Assembly (NCBI GenBank): GCA_040954595.2
Contig: CM082576.2
Span: 9,923,129 to 9,987,128, forward strand
DNA: 64,000 nt
Direction of reading: 5' to 3'
Source: Balanoglossus misakiensis
Taxonomy: Eukaryota > Animalia > Hemichordata
The position numbers were made by a program, and so were the translations under genes. This document shows positions 11,998 through 25,500 of this stretch, piece by piece. The first letter of the stretch is position 1. Each line of letters starts with the position of its first letter. A model generated the notes under the pieces. It searched no databases. It was not told the origin of the DNA and was given only the letters and a program-made list of their open reading frames with translations.

Positions 11998-14563
11998 ATG
12001 ATGGCCGAAAGCGGGCCAGGTGGGCCGTGGAATGTCGATGCTACTTTGCCCTCCACACATTCTGGCGAGCAAGGCTTCGATGATACGTTCGACCCATTTG
12101 AGAAGCTAAACTTCAGCGAACCAACGAAAGGAAAGAATTCAATTGAGACGGAATCGCAGAAATACCTGTCTTCTCTCGGTAAGTTCGAGTTTCACCATGC
12201 ACTGTGACTGTACACACTGCATCCTTTGAGAACGTGCATTTCCAGTTGTGTTGTATTTCAAGGGAAGGTACATAAATCACACGAGGAGGGTCAGTCCGCT
12301 GTGCATGCATTCCAGAAAATTATCCCAATAGTTTTCACGAGTTGTAAACTGAGATTCGAACAGACTTACCACTGTTCTCTTTTTATAAATAATGTTGGAA
12401 CATTTTAAAACTTTTCTCTCTCTTTTTTTTTCACTATCACATTACTAGTATACAATGTCTGCAGTAGGTCTCGGGTGGCAGGGCTGTGTGACTATGAGAC
12501 ACAGCGGGTAACAACACATCTCTGCCACACAGAGTTATGTCATTATTGTAGTGAACACAGGAAAAACATAGTCTAAGAAATTACAATTAAAATATTCCAC
12601 CCTAGATTTTCCATTTTAAAATCACTGTGAAATATGAAAAAAAGATACATTTGTACTTATATACTTTCATTGTCTCATTATTGTATTTTTAAAGTGCGAC
12701 TATCTCTTGTTCTTTTAAGACGGCCTTTTTATTTTACCTTATCAGATTGGTTCAGATACTGTCTTCCAAACAAGCAGCCAATATAAACGGGGTTTAGCTT
12801 AAAAACTGCATTAATCATTTAATGTACAGTTTTTGCCAATGCACAGGTTTGAATAAACGTATGTGCATGATGACACTAGGGAATGAGGGTCATCCTAGCT
12901 CATCAAGTCTGACTTCTTCATTTGTCACGTATACTGATTCATTCCACTTCCATTGTAGCTTTAACCCTTTCACCCCCATTTCCCTGTATAAAGGTCCAAC
13001 TTTACCATAGAAAACAATGGGTTTGGACTAAAAGCATGGTGGTGAAAGGGTTGAATATTCATGAGACCAGATAGGGAAAGTCAGACAGACAGAGAAACGT
13101 ATTTTTGGATCATTACCCAGGGCAACTTAAATATTAATAGGGAATAACAAATTTATAGGCCTAATAGTTCGTTGTGAAAGCACTGAGAGCTTTGTTTGCC
13201 AGGCACAACTGGAAACATCCCTGCTTTATTATTTATCTTTTGTAGTTGTAAATAATAAAACAGGGACATGTCAGCAGAGATCTTATTATTTTTTCAAAAA
13301 GGTCATAAATTCACAAAGATTATCTTTCACTCAGGTTGTGTGTTTTTACCCCAACCACATGTGATAGTAAAAGTAAATGTATCCAGGGTGATTTTGTTAG
13401 ACATGGATCATTTCGTATAGTCAGTGATAATTTTCTTTTGTCCTTAATTTGTCATCTGATAAATTTCTTGACACGCAGCCGTCCATGGCAAATGAAATAT
13501 TAATGATAGTTATTGATAATTTATGGCCTTGCACTGGAATGCATATTAACTTGAAGAATCAAACAAGAATAGTTTTGCATGAAAACTCGTCTATTAACCT
13601 CGACTCTTTGTAGTCTGGCTAGAGATGGTTGATCAAGTAAATTTATTTTACAAGTAAAAAGTCATGATCTGTTTTTAAAAAAACATTTAGTGGATTTTAA
13701 AAATGTGCAAAGTGATAATTCTTAAAAATGTGAGTAAAAGAAGAAGATTGAAGTGAAGAACTTTAGAAAAAGTGTAGAGTTCAACACGCAGTCCCAGTTT
13801 CACAGAGAAATAAGTTAGATTAAATGCTTGTACATTTTCTGATCATTTGTAAAAGGCATAGTCAGTTTACAATGATGTCTACAGCTGCATCAGCATTGAA
13901 TATCAATGACCAGTCTGTCCATCTCTCTAAGGCTGCATCACTCACATGAAAGCTAGTTTATAAATACACATCCAGGCAGTATTCATAAATAGTTGGGAGG
14001 GTGGGCCCACAGGAGAACTGCTAGAGATCATTAGAATCTATCTTCTCAAGTACCCCTTTTTAGAAATGCAGTGTAATTTATTCTGTTCCCTCTACCAAAC
14101 GTGATCAACATTACAAACTCACAGTGGTGGTGAAAGGGTTTTGTTTATGTGATGGCATTTTATGTTTCATTTTAGTGAGGAGAGAATATCTCATTTGTCT
14201 GTGGACTTTTTTTCCCCCCAAACAGAGGCCAAGCTTGACAGACTGAAGGGCAAGAACAAGTGTCCCACGGCCAAAGAAATCGTAAGAACTTTACACGGTG
14301 CTAAAGAGGACCACTTGAATCGCGTCATCCAAGAGAGCACCTGCCTCAACACGGCCACCATCTCCTCCAACGACGAGGACGAGGTCAAAACCAGCACGCT
14401 GAGGCGGCGCGTGTTCCCCGAGCAGCCCCTCATCGTGGAGGAAGTGCAGTGTCTGATGGAGAGGGACTATCTCAACAACGTGACGCAGATAATGCACCAG
14501 GAGAACAGTGTCGGCAACATCCCCGCGGGATCCGGAGACCAGCCAAGCAACAACATGAAGTGA
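11998..14563 (+). CDS. CCDC32: Coiled-coil domain-containing protein 32 (2 exons, ~172 aa)
   Basis: Exons 11998-12178 and 14226-14563. Junction peptide SQKYLSSLEAKLDRLKGKNKCPTAKEIVRTLHGAKE resembles human YLASLEKKLRRIKG...TSKDMLRTLAQAKK; P..PLIVEEVQCL resembles P..AVSTEEVQYL. Confidence 0.85.
12961..13054. mobile_element. ~90 bp piggyBac-like MITE in the CCDC32 intron
   Basis: ttaa-ccctttcacc...ggtgaaaggg-ttga; highly similar to 8858-8949. Fragments also at ~10116, ~14125, ~26551 and ~63179. Confidence 0.85.
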
Positions 14564-17500
14564 TGAGACAACCGCAACAGGTGAAGCGAATCAACAGCAA
14601 AAAAACAGATGGTGCTATTACCGAGCTGTCTCCAGCTTGATTGTAAACAATGGTTATTTCTGAAATGCCATTAGAGTGACCTGTGTTTTTAATGTGTGTG
14701 TGTTTTTTCTCTCATTTGCGAGATCTGAAAACAGATGGCACAGATAGATACAAAAGTTCTTTTCTGTGAACATTTTGCGAATGAGCCAGTGGCCGTGCTG
14801 TGAATGAGCAAATAGTGTGGCACCATTGCTGTGTTTGATAAGCTCGTGCTTGTACCTAATCCATGCTGATTTTATTTGAATTTGAAATTATGGGTAAGTC
14901 CCATATCTGATAACATATCTGATTACTACTGGGTAAATCCAAGTGGATTAAAAGCTGATGTTGTGATTGGTGCAATGTGATCTGTTTACCATTCTTTTGA
15001 TTGGCTTTTTTTTCATGTTGGCCACTCACTATGGTGAGATGGTGATTTCACTCACACACGTAAGGGCTCTACAGGGACATCACTTCATGAATTAATAATT
15101 GAAAGTTTATGGGGCTCCCTGCAAGCAATAACAACAGGATTTTTTTATCAGGGCATAGGTTGTAACATATGGACTGTGACAAAAATCTGAATTTTTTTTT
15201 ATATTGCGAATCATATTGCTTTCGTCATGTCCGCATTTTACCACCAGTACTTGAATTCAATATGACAACCACTCAGTGTTAAAAATCTTGGAAATGCAAG
15301 ATTCGTATACGACAGAAATTCAGAACTTGCGCAGGAGTCGATGTGACTGATAAAAAATACATGTTTCTCCCCAAGGGGATTTCGAATTTTACTGTGCAGG
15401 TGTCCATAACAGATTTACTGCTCTGGTTTGTTCAAAGTAAGGGATTAAGCGTAATGCATATTTTATGAGTTGAAACATGAAAGGGAAATCCGAACTTGTT
15501 TGCCTTCCGGTGAGGCTGGGTTTATGTTCAATTGAACTTGACCTACAAGCTTTGTAAGTATTAGCAGATGTGATTTCAGGTCAGTGATACTAGCTGGTCC
15601 ATTTAACGATATTTGGTTCGCAAAAATGAATTATTCATAAATTTCGTTTCCTGTAATTTCAAAGCATCATTCAAGAATCTATACACTCTCAATGCTGTTT
15701 ATAATGTGCTTTGTGTTCAGTTTGTATGTGTGGTCTCATGATTTTTCGCAGGGGGGGGGGGGGTGACACCTTCTGGGTCAAAGGGCAGAGTTGCTGGTCA
15801 GTTTTGTGCAAACAACGCCTGTAATGTAACTGCTGACAGTTTATCACATATCAAATTTTTTCTAAAATTGTTCACGTAGTTTGCAGAGCTGCATTTTACT
15901 ATTTTTAGTCCCATATCACAGCCGTGATTCCTTTGATGAGTTTTACATGTGTGATGTCAAGTGGCCCAGAAGTGAGTTGAATTTTAATTGTATGATGCTT
16001 GGTATCAGTGAATGGTCAATAATTTAAATGTGATACATTGCTTGTTTTATACATGTATGGTCTGATAGTCATCAATTGGAAGCTTTAAACACCAAAAGCG
16101 ATGATTTATAGAACATAAAAAGATATTTTCATTTAAATTAATGATTGTACATTTCATTTTCAGCTGTTCTTGATTTTGTTACAATTAAAAAAACCTTTTA
16201 TTTGTTCTTACCAAGTTAAAAATGATACACTGTCTTTCATTTAGATGATCTGTGCCACAAATGTATGGTTCATATAAAAACATTTGATAAACATAGATGT
16301 GTAAAGATTTGTTCACCCAACCGATGAAATCCCACTGAGCGCGAGCGACTGAATCTTCCAATGTCCAGAAAGAATGATGGGCGCCCTCACTCGTGCACTA
16401 TATTCAAACAACAGCAATATTTTGGCCATAAAGGGCGCTATGCAAGAGAAGTCGGCATACAAAGTGCAGTTTTGCAAGAACCGGTAGACTTTGGAGAATA
16501 AATATGCACCACCAATTAACTTATGTAGTTGTGGCAACATTTTATTCACTTGGAAAATATAAAATCTGATAACTTATTTAACGTGTATGCTTTATCTCGC
16601 TATGTAAATTGTATTTATTGTGCACTTCAGTTTGTGTGAATTTTGAAAGAAAAGTACAGGTTATATCAGCATGTAATTATGTGCTGTCAGATATGAATGA
16701 CTTGCTATAACAGTTGAAACATTGATTTACTGGGCTATAAATACTTCAGAAGAGGATAAAATTAGAGTCTGGCCCTCGGGGTACACTTATGACCACTGGC
16801 GTAATTATAGGTGTTCATTTTGTTCGGAAGTAGTGTACTTTGTACAGCTACAATACTACCCATGCAGGAGTTTGCTTCAATGAGCAAATTAGCCATCCAT
16901 AGTTATTTTCACTATTCAACATTGGTTCTTAATACTGAGATGTTAATTGTTGGAACCAATGCTATTTTCTTGCCTTCTTCAAACTCTACTTGGGATGACA
17001 TAATTTCTGGATGAACCAAAACATGGATTTGTTCGGCAAAAATGTACACAGATATTCCAAGAATTGTGAAACTTGGCAGGGTAGAATTGCTCATTCAAGC
17101 CATAGACAGAGATGAACTTATGGAATGAAATATAACAAAGTTCTAGGGGTAGAGTTGTTAAAAGTTTCAAATTGACAATTGTGAAATAATTAAATCCTGA
17201 GATAAAATGTATTTGGTTTTAATGCAAACTTCAAATGTTTTGTAACATGAGAGACAACTCTACCAATTCTCACTGCAGTCCCGAGGGACGAGACTACTTC
17301 AGTGGTCCTGTAGTGCATGAGTGCTGTACAGAAAGTCGAACACTGAAACAGGAAAAAAAAATCAGATCAATGACACCATGTAATTTGATTCTGCGGGGGT
17401 CAAGGGTCACGAACTGAGGATCAAGAGTTGTGTCTCGTCACTCATCTACAGCCATCCATGTTGTACATGGGAGTGTGATGTGTTAAACACAAGTGACGTG

Positions 17501-20127
17501 ATCGTTTTTACTGAGAGAAAGGGTCACTCAGAGAACGTCTCAGAGACTTTTTTTTCTGTCGCGCTTTACATCTTTCGGGACATACGCCCGAGTTTTTATT
17601 GTCTCCCAAATAAATACCAGCATACCACCACAGTTCATCGAGAGTGTGTCATTTTATTCGCGCCGATTGCTGTAATAAGAGTTATTGATTGCCGCGAATT
17701 CTTTACATGTTTCCACTGAGGTGACGCCAGTGTGTTGAAACCAGTGTTTGCTCGACAGTTTTGGGGAGCGGCTCGGTATTGACCCGATGGAGACAGAGCC
17801 CGTCGTCCCGTCTCTGCCCTTAGTGGTACCCAGCATGCTTTGCCATTGTCCCGGCTCAATGGCTGCGATATCGACTTTCCTGATTTGCCGTCTGTGAGGG
17901 TATTATTCGTGCATAATTAGCCCCTCAGAGCGACGATTGTCCCTGGTAGAGCCAGGGATAGGGGTTCACGTTACACAACTCTGTAGACTTTGACAAACAG
18001 CTTCTGAATACAAGTCAACATCTCGGCCGGCTAAGCACGCATATACCGCTGACCAAAATCCTGAAATTAAACAAAAATTGCTTGATGCTTACATTTTGAG
18101 TTTATTTCCACACTTCCAGTTTTAAGTTAAGAGGAAAGAACTTGACATGTCCATTTTATGAGAGAATAAACTTTTCATCATAAACTGATCAATCTCTTCA
18201 CCACTTCCTATTTTATGATTGATTTTCATCATATAAAGTAATCTTTTAATCACATACTGATAGTTTTAACAAATATACACATATTTTCTGGCAATTAAAG
18301 ATTGTTGATAACACTTTAATTTGTCATTCTGTTGCAAGCAAACTGGACCATTCTTTACTTGACAAATTTATAGCATTGGATTTGCAATCCATTACTTTCA
18401 ATTCCCATAATGCGCATTCCGTACAAGGTTTGTCTGCATCCCGGGAGATTCTGCTGGTCTAAATATTTACATACATGACCATTCTTTGGTCAGTAATCTA
18501 TCCTTCCCCACCCATCCATTGGTCCATTTTTGCCGGCGCTCTTTGCTCTTTGGAGTGTTAAAAGAAGTGGCAAGAGTAATTTCCTATCTTTCTTTGTTGA
18601 AATGCCTGTAATTTTCTCCTTGAGCATTTTACTCTTAATTGCAAAATACCTAAATGCGATTGGATTACCGGGCTTCTCTGCAGTTTTCGCTTCAGAAATG
18701 TGCTACCTGTAGATGCGGGGGAGAAATCTGTTGTGGTTCAAGCCTACTCTTCGGGTATTTGGCAGAGCGGAGAGATTAATGATTTTTCATTTTCCAAATT
18801 ATCACCACTATCAAATACATGCCCAAACGAATTATTAGGAACCATGCACAGCTCTGATCCGATCCATGCGAATTGGAGTGATGGCTGAGGCCACACAGAA
18901 GAGTGGGCAGGGAATGCGAACGTCTGCGACACAACAGTGGCCACCGAAGCTTGACATGTTCTTGGAGTATCGGATTAACATCTTCAGAATTCTTACCTTC
19001 GTTGTAAGTGGGACAGGTTCTGAGGAGGGGGGGGGACGCTATAGAGACAGACCGTCTGCGTATGTCTCTCACTACCTGGTCTGCAGGTGGTAGCGGTCGG
19101 TCCGCGGTGTGGGTTGTCAATTCTTCACATGACTGGCAACCAAGTGAGTGAGGCTGATCCAGTTACCCTCCGCGCTCCCCCAAGTGATGTAAACAGTGAC
19201 GTGGGTTTATACAAGAAACAAATCTCCAGCCCGGCGTCTAGGGTTACAACCACCGCCAGGTGAAAATGGTCGTCAGGGCGTTAAACTATAGTGTGGCTCT
19301 TATGAACAAACCAACAACATTGGCAGAGTTTTTTATCAACAGATAGGGGCAGAGACATTTGGACACTACCTGATGAAAATGCCTTCAAGATATTTTTTGA
19401 GAAGATTTTTTATTTTCTGACCTGTGTGTGTGTGGTGTTTTCGTGTCTGGGATGAATAGTGCATCTTTCTCACTGGTCGGGAACTACAAGAATGAAGTCC
19501 ATAATCAGGGCTTCATTACTATACACACACAGTCAGTATTTATTTATCACAAATTCTGTAAAAAATAAAACTTTTTATTCACAATTTGGCAACATCCAAA
19601 ATGGAAGATTTTCAAATCTTTTAGTCGGTTGCTAACTCATGAACTAGTCAATTGTTGCCTGCACTTGGAAGCTGCTTGGAAATACCTATGACACACTGTG
19701 ATGTGCATACCATTGACATTTAGCTGCATTTAACAGCAAGGCATTAAAATATGCCGATGAGGACAAAACTCACGCCACATAATCTTGATTATTGTCCTAT
19801 GAAAATACAAGAATATCAACCCATTCCGTTGAGGGCCCAGTCAAATAACTGTACATAAATCATCCAACTGAATAAATTTGCAGTACTCTTATCAAATTCT
19901 CTGTCACAATTTGCAAGAGACTTGTCCTAAAACAGGTCAAACTCATTCAGTGGTACTTTATTTCCAAAACTAACAACCAATTGACAGCCAGCAGACACGA
20001 TAATAAACACACAGCTATAGACAAAGTAGTAATTAATAGGCTATAATGATATAAAGATCTTAATATGGTCACACCCATGCTGCATATTTCTTTGTGGTTT
20101 GGATGAGATCAACACAGATAAACTTCA

Positions 20128-20141
20128 GTTTCCATAGCAAC
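20128..20141. promoter_or_regulatory. RFX X-box motif
   Basis: GTTTCCATAGCAAC fits the GTNRCC/YY-ATR-GNAAC consensus; a second GGCAAC half-site follows. Confidence 0.5.
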
Positions 20142-22472
20142 CAGGTGGCAACGGAGTATTTGGCCTTTGTTCGGTTGTTTACCCTTCGGTGACTCCACCC
20201 AAGAGAGCTATTTTCTCAGTTTGTTTCAAAGTTTGACATACTCCTGGCAGTGCATTTGTCGGATAATTAAGAGAGACATTTTACACGTGTGTGATGGCTG
20301 CGTCTCCCAGTTTGAAAGACCTCCAGTGTTAAAAAAGTACAGCGATCGATGCATAATTGGCTGTGATCATCAGCCGAGGTTTTGATACCCTACTGGCAGT
20401 CTCTTATACAGCCATCAGTTGTGCAGGACTTGTATAGCTGGGAACTGCAATGCCTCCCAGGCCCATGAGGTTACCAAATTAATTTGGCAGCAGAAATAAT
20501 TCAACTATGTTTTATGACCGAACCCGTGACAACTCTAGCTGGATGGGGAGTCCACTGCCCAGACAGGCGTCCAGTGTGGTCGACCTTTTCCGGCAGATTA
20601 ACCAGGCATCTTGCCAATTTTTCTCTTAATTTAAGACCAACCCCAGCTGTTAAGTCCTGTCACCTTACATGCGGTTTCAATCGCCCAGCAAAACAGTGAT
20701 CAAATTAGAGTAACATTTAATAACCCATTACATATCACGCGGTCAAAACAACTCTTCAGGACAACCTCTGTATTTATCTTGATCGGTTTCATAGAGTCTA
20801 TTTTGATAGCGTGCAATACTTTAATTGCTTCCAACGGCCACGCACATCTTTGAATACAGTGAACCCTCCCACACTCTGCTAAAAGGAAATTGGAACAAAT
20901 GTATCAATCTTTTCAAAACTTCCCCATCTGTGGCAAAACAAAAGAGCATCCACAAAGAACCAACGACTGAACTGAATTAATAGGTTTGATACGCTGTGTT
21001 TGCAATGCTCACTTCACCAGATTGAGTTTGTTTATTGGTTGCGAAATGTCCATTATATCACTTTTATTGGAAACCAATTCTGTTACTAACCCTCAGAATA
21101 TGTGAGACAGTGCCACAGTGTACTTGCAAAGCGATCACAATGGCACGTTATTTACTTTAATTCCAATTATAAAGAGAGAGAGAGAGGGGAAAAAGGACGG
21201 AGACTCTCAATTGAAGCTGTTCAGCTTGGCTTAACCAGGACAAACACCAACTCGGCACAAAGAAAACGTCTATATTTTTCTTTCCCTTTGATTTCTCTTC
21301 ACGACCTCTCGGGCCATTTTTTTGTGCGCTTGTGTAACTATCAATGTGACGCAATATTTTTACTTTATGGTCGGTGCTGTTTGGTGTTTGGTCTGAATTT
21401 CGGATGGATATGTACGTGTTTGTTGATGGCTCTGCTCTGAATTCTAATGGTCTTGGTGTCATACATATGTTTTGGGATTTGTTTTTGTGATTTCAAACTA
21501 TTAGGAATTTTGCATATTTTGTTGTTATAATTTTGAATTTTTGTCAAAATTGCTCCATCACTAAAAAATAAATTTTAGATATATTTAGATGTCCCTTGAA
21601 GGACAAATCAGCAGATAAGTGCATGATAAGCGAATCATTCACTTTCAAAAGTTTTCTTCTGCTCTATTAACAAAGTTGTGAACTTTTACAGTGGATGCCT
21701 TAATTATGAACAGTCTACCAAAGTTGTTGAGCTGGTACGTGTCAACATTTCTCCAGTAAATTCCACACTCCCAGAAAAAAACAACCAAGAACTTCAGATT
21801 GGGCATTTTAGAAGTATGTGATAATGGAACTTGGACCACTTAAAGGTGACCTCAAGCTATTTATAGCTAAATGTCAAACCGAGAAAATTGCTCTGACCAT
21901 ATCATAAAAAGGCACTTCGCGTCCCACATTTGTCCCACTGAGTGTGTATGCTCGCGCGTGGGGCACACAGTACAGCGTCTGAGGGGTGGTGACTGAGTTT
22001 GCATATAAATACCACTTGACCCTTAATCAAGCAAACTATCAACTGCTTTACAGTGTATACACAGGGATCAAGTAGACCACTGATACCTTGAAGTGAGTGC
22101 CAATGATTGGAATGGAACCAGGGGGGCAAAGGTCGTGCAAATGCACTGCAGTTTAAAACCTCATTTTCTTCTGATAGTATATGTCCTGTACCGTTGGAAA
22201 CTTTTTGAGTTGTTCCCCATGTGTCCTTAGTATAATTATTATGTTAAAAAAACAATGCCTTGATGCAGAAATTTATTCATCCGGTGGTTGCTATATGAGG
22301 TCAAAGATAATATCTTTGTTTTTATTAATTAGCAATGGCAGTTTCTGGTTCTACTTATGGACGCACCATAAATTGTTAAATCATCCATGAATATATGAAT
22401 AAGCCAGTCGTTATTGCCGAAAATTTAATTTAAAGGCTGTAACAGTTGAATTTCTAAAGTCTACACTAGTAC

Positions 22473-22535
<63 letters not shown>
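22473..22535. repeat. (CAT)n microsatellite, ~20 units
   Basis: Directly visible. Confidence 0.95.
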
Positions 22536-25500
22536 ATAGCTCATCTAGAATCAAGACCCAAGGCCAAACTGATCTACATATGCTGATATTTGGAGAAGCA
22601 CAAAAGTCTTTTTGTCACCAATTCCATGCAATATGTCTGTAAATCGCACAGATGGAAAGACTTGGAGAGGTGAGGTTGTTCACCCTACTCTGAATAGGAT
22701 TCTATGTCTGTCGCCAGCTGTGCTGTGCCATACCAGTGGAAGTAATTGTTTTTTGTCTGTTTAACAGAGTTACTATTCAAATTTTCCGGGTCATGCCCTG
22801 TGAATGAACCATATTTTACTGATCATTGTATAAACTGAAAATATAAAAATTGAAAAGTCTTTGAATTTTTGAATGCGTATTGTTCTAGATGTTATTTGTT
22901 ATTCATGTGTTCTTTTAATCTCTGTGCTTATAATGTCCGCTGCAGGGCACTGTAATATTTTTGAATGCTGATTCACCTTTTGTGTTTTCAGGGACACATT
23001 GTATAATTAGATTCTGAGGACACGACTGAATCATGATATGAATTCATAACGAAGGATAAAAGGCTGTATGTGCAGTCACGTTCCACGTTTCAATATTGAA
23101 TATTCAAGAGCCTTGAATAGACATTACGAAGAGGTGAGACAACAAACCATTTAGAGCGGTGCAGTCAGACAGTTCTCGTTTCTGAATCACCAGGGTGACG
23201 GTCGAATGAACGCCACCCTCGACTGCTTTGCATCTTTGCTGATTAAGCACCTCTCCTGCTCACACACACACAAAAATAGCAGCACAAATCATATTTCTCA
23301 AATCAAATCACCTTGGAATCTAAAAAAACTGAACCCTCATGACTAACGTTGCTAATTAGATAAATTGATCGCTTTTTGCTAATCAACACTGAAAATATAA
23401 CTGAGCTGAATTACGTAAAAGCTACCACTTAATCAATTCCCGTAAGGACACCGAATTGATCTGTCTATTATGCGGGGATCTGATACTTTTGATGAGTGCA
23501 GGGTCAGAAGAATTGACACGTGTGCTGGAACGACAGACATGACAACAAAGTGCATGGATGAGTCATATATCACCCTGACCCGCCATCATTTGGTATTAAT
23601 ATCACCGAGGAAGTGAGAGAAATGATCTAATTTGCTCTCAATTTGGATACAGAGAATAATTTGGTCTATTATGCTCCATTCAGAAAATAATGATGTTCAT
23701 TGTCCTGCCGATGTAAATTGCCTGCCCCTCTAATATAAAGAAAAATATATATTTCACTTTTGTATTCATGTCAGGGAGCTAATAATGTGGCTGTTTGACA
23801 TCTTCAGTTGGGCTGTTATTAAATATGCAAAGAAATGCATCACTTCTCTCTCTGACTCTGTCAGCTTTGATTGATTGTAATGACTTGTCGGTTTTAACTT
23901 TACTTGATCATTTGTTTCAATTGGAACATGATAGCGCCTCTTGGCATTTCACTTGTCTGATTGAAAATGTGAGTATACTCAGAAAATATCTGATTTGTTT
24001 CCATCGACCTTGCTTAAATGGCTTCAAACGTGGGAAAGTTGGCTTTTCATTGCATCAAACACAATTTGAACAGTTATCTCTTAGGTTAATTGTGTCACAA
24101 AGTGGGTTTTTTATCTATAATTTGAATTCACCAACAGTTTCAATCCATTTTTGCCTCAAACAACCAGCTAGGCCATAACACAAAAGGCAAAAAAGATATT
24201 GTCTTTGCTATTTTTATCTACAATTTGCATTAATGTAACAAATCTGGTCCAGTCTTTTGCCAATTGGACAATCACAGCATTATACTGAAATACTTAAAAA
24301 AATCAAGAAAATACAAAAAAATACATGATTGTATCCACTGAGAATAATCTTACCTCCACTGCTCCAGAGTCTACCAGAGTGTAACGACCTCAGGTAAAGA
24401 CTTAAAGGTCTGCCTGCACTTGCCTGCAAGCTAAACTCTGTCCTTCCTTTTACTAAAAGTCTCACCTCAAGCCATTGATTGATCCCTCTTATGTGGCGAT
24501 GTGTCAGTCACCCAATGGAGCAAACTTTCTAACTTTTGGAACAATTAACCAGTCCCCACATCAAACAACACCCCCCTCCTGAAAACAATGTTTGGGTTGG
24601 CTAAATATAGCCACAGCTCTGAAGGACACAATATTATGTACAAAGAGTGTGACTTTTCTTGTGGGGTTTTCCACTCGAGTTATTTGCTGTTCAAATGAAC
24701 CGTTGCATAACGTGCAGACAAAAATTCTTTGAAAACTCCATAATCCGTGCATTCTGCCGCGGATCTCGAAGTCTAATCCTCCGATCAGACTTCAGAACGC
24801 CTTGGCCGTTTTGTCTGTCATTGTTGGTGTACAGTCTGCATGTCTTTTTTTCTCCCTTCACAAACCCTGATTGGTCAGTGGATATGTAATCTCTAAACAA
24901 GGTTATCATGCATCCTCCTAAAACATCTTAACTTCTTAACTGTCACTCAAAAAATAGAGCTCATTAGCTTCAATGAGCGCTCTGTACTTTCCCATTATAA
25001 CATATCAGAGAATATATAGCTACTGTATCCTCCATACCTCCGTTGAAGGAATGATTTTTGGCCATATCAAGGTTATTAAGTGTTAAACGCCCACTGACTG
25101 GTATCAGCAGCCCGCATATAACTGTCAAGTTCGTATCGATTTTTTTCCATATAGCTGAATAAAACATCTGTCAGCCGCATCCAATTCTATTGGTCGGTTT
25201 CCAATGACCCAATTGTTCCATGGGTATCTTTCTTGTTCAATTACCTGAGACAAAACAACTAAGACAACAAACATCTTCTTAAAGATTGTAGTTCTGAAGA
25301 AAAAACACAAGGCATGACAAAACACACACACACACTGCATGCACAAACTAGCTTTCATGTTTGTGGGGGCTTGTTTTGGTTTCAGTACTTTACAATGTCA
25401 CTCTAGGACACAAAACAAACCAATGTACACTCAAATTGGAGTATTATATTTATGAATGTCAAAAATTGAATCTCAGAATAATATGCCATTAGTCACCTCC

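Noticed and set aside
15915-15941. miR-2-like string tatcacagcc...tttgatgag
   Set aside because: The centre differs from the mature miRNA, the length is wrong and no star arm is visible.
22536-22740. Possible LINE/SINE 3' end next to the (CAT)n tract
   Set aside because: No reverse-transcriptase similarity or second copy is visible.
24262-24280. miR-219 seed-like TGATTGTCCAA on the - strand
   Set aside because: Only the 5' half matches and there is no convincing hairpin.
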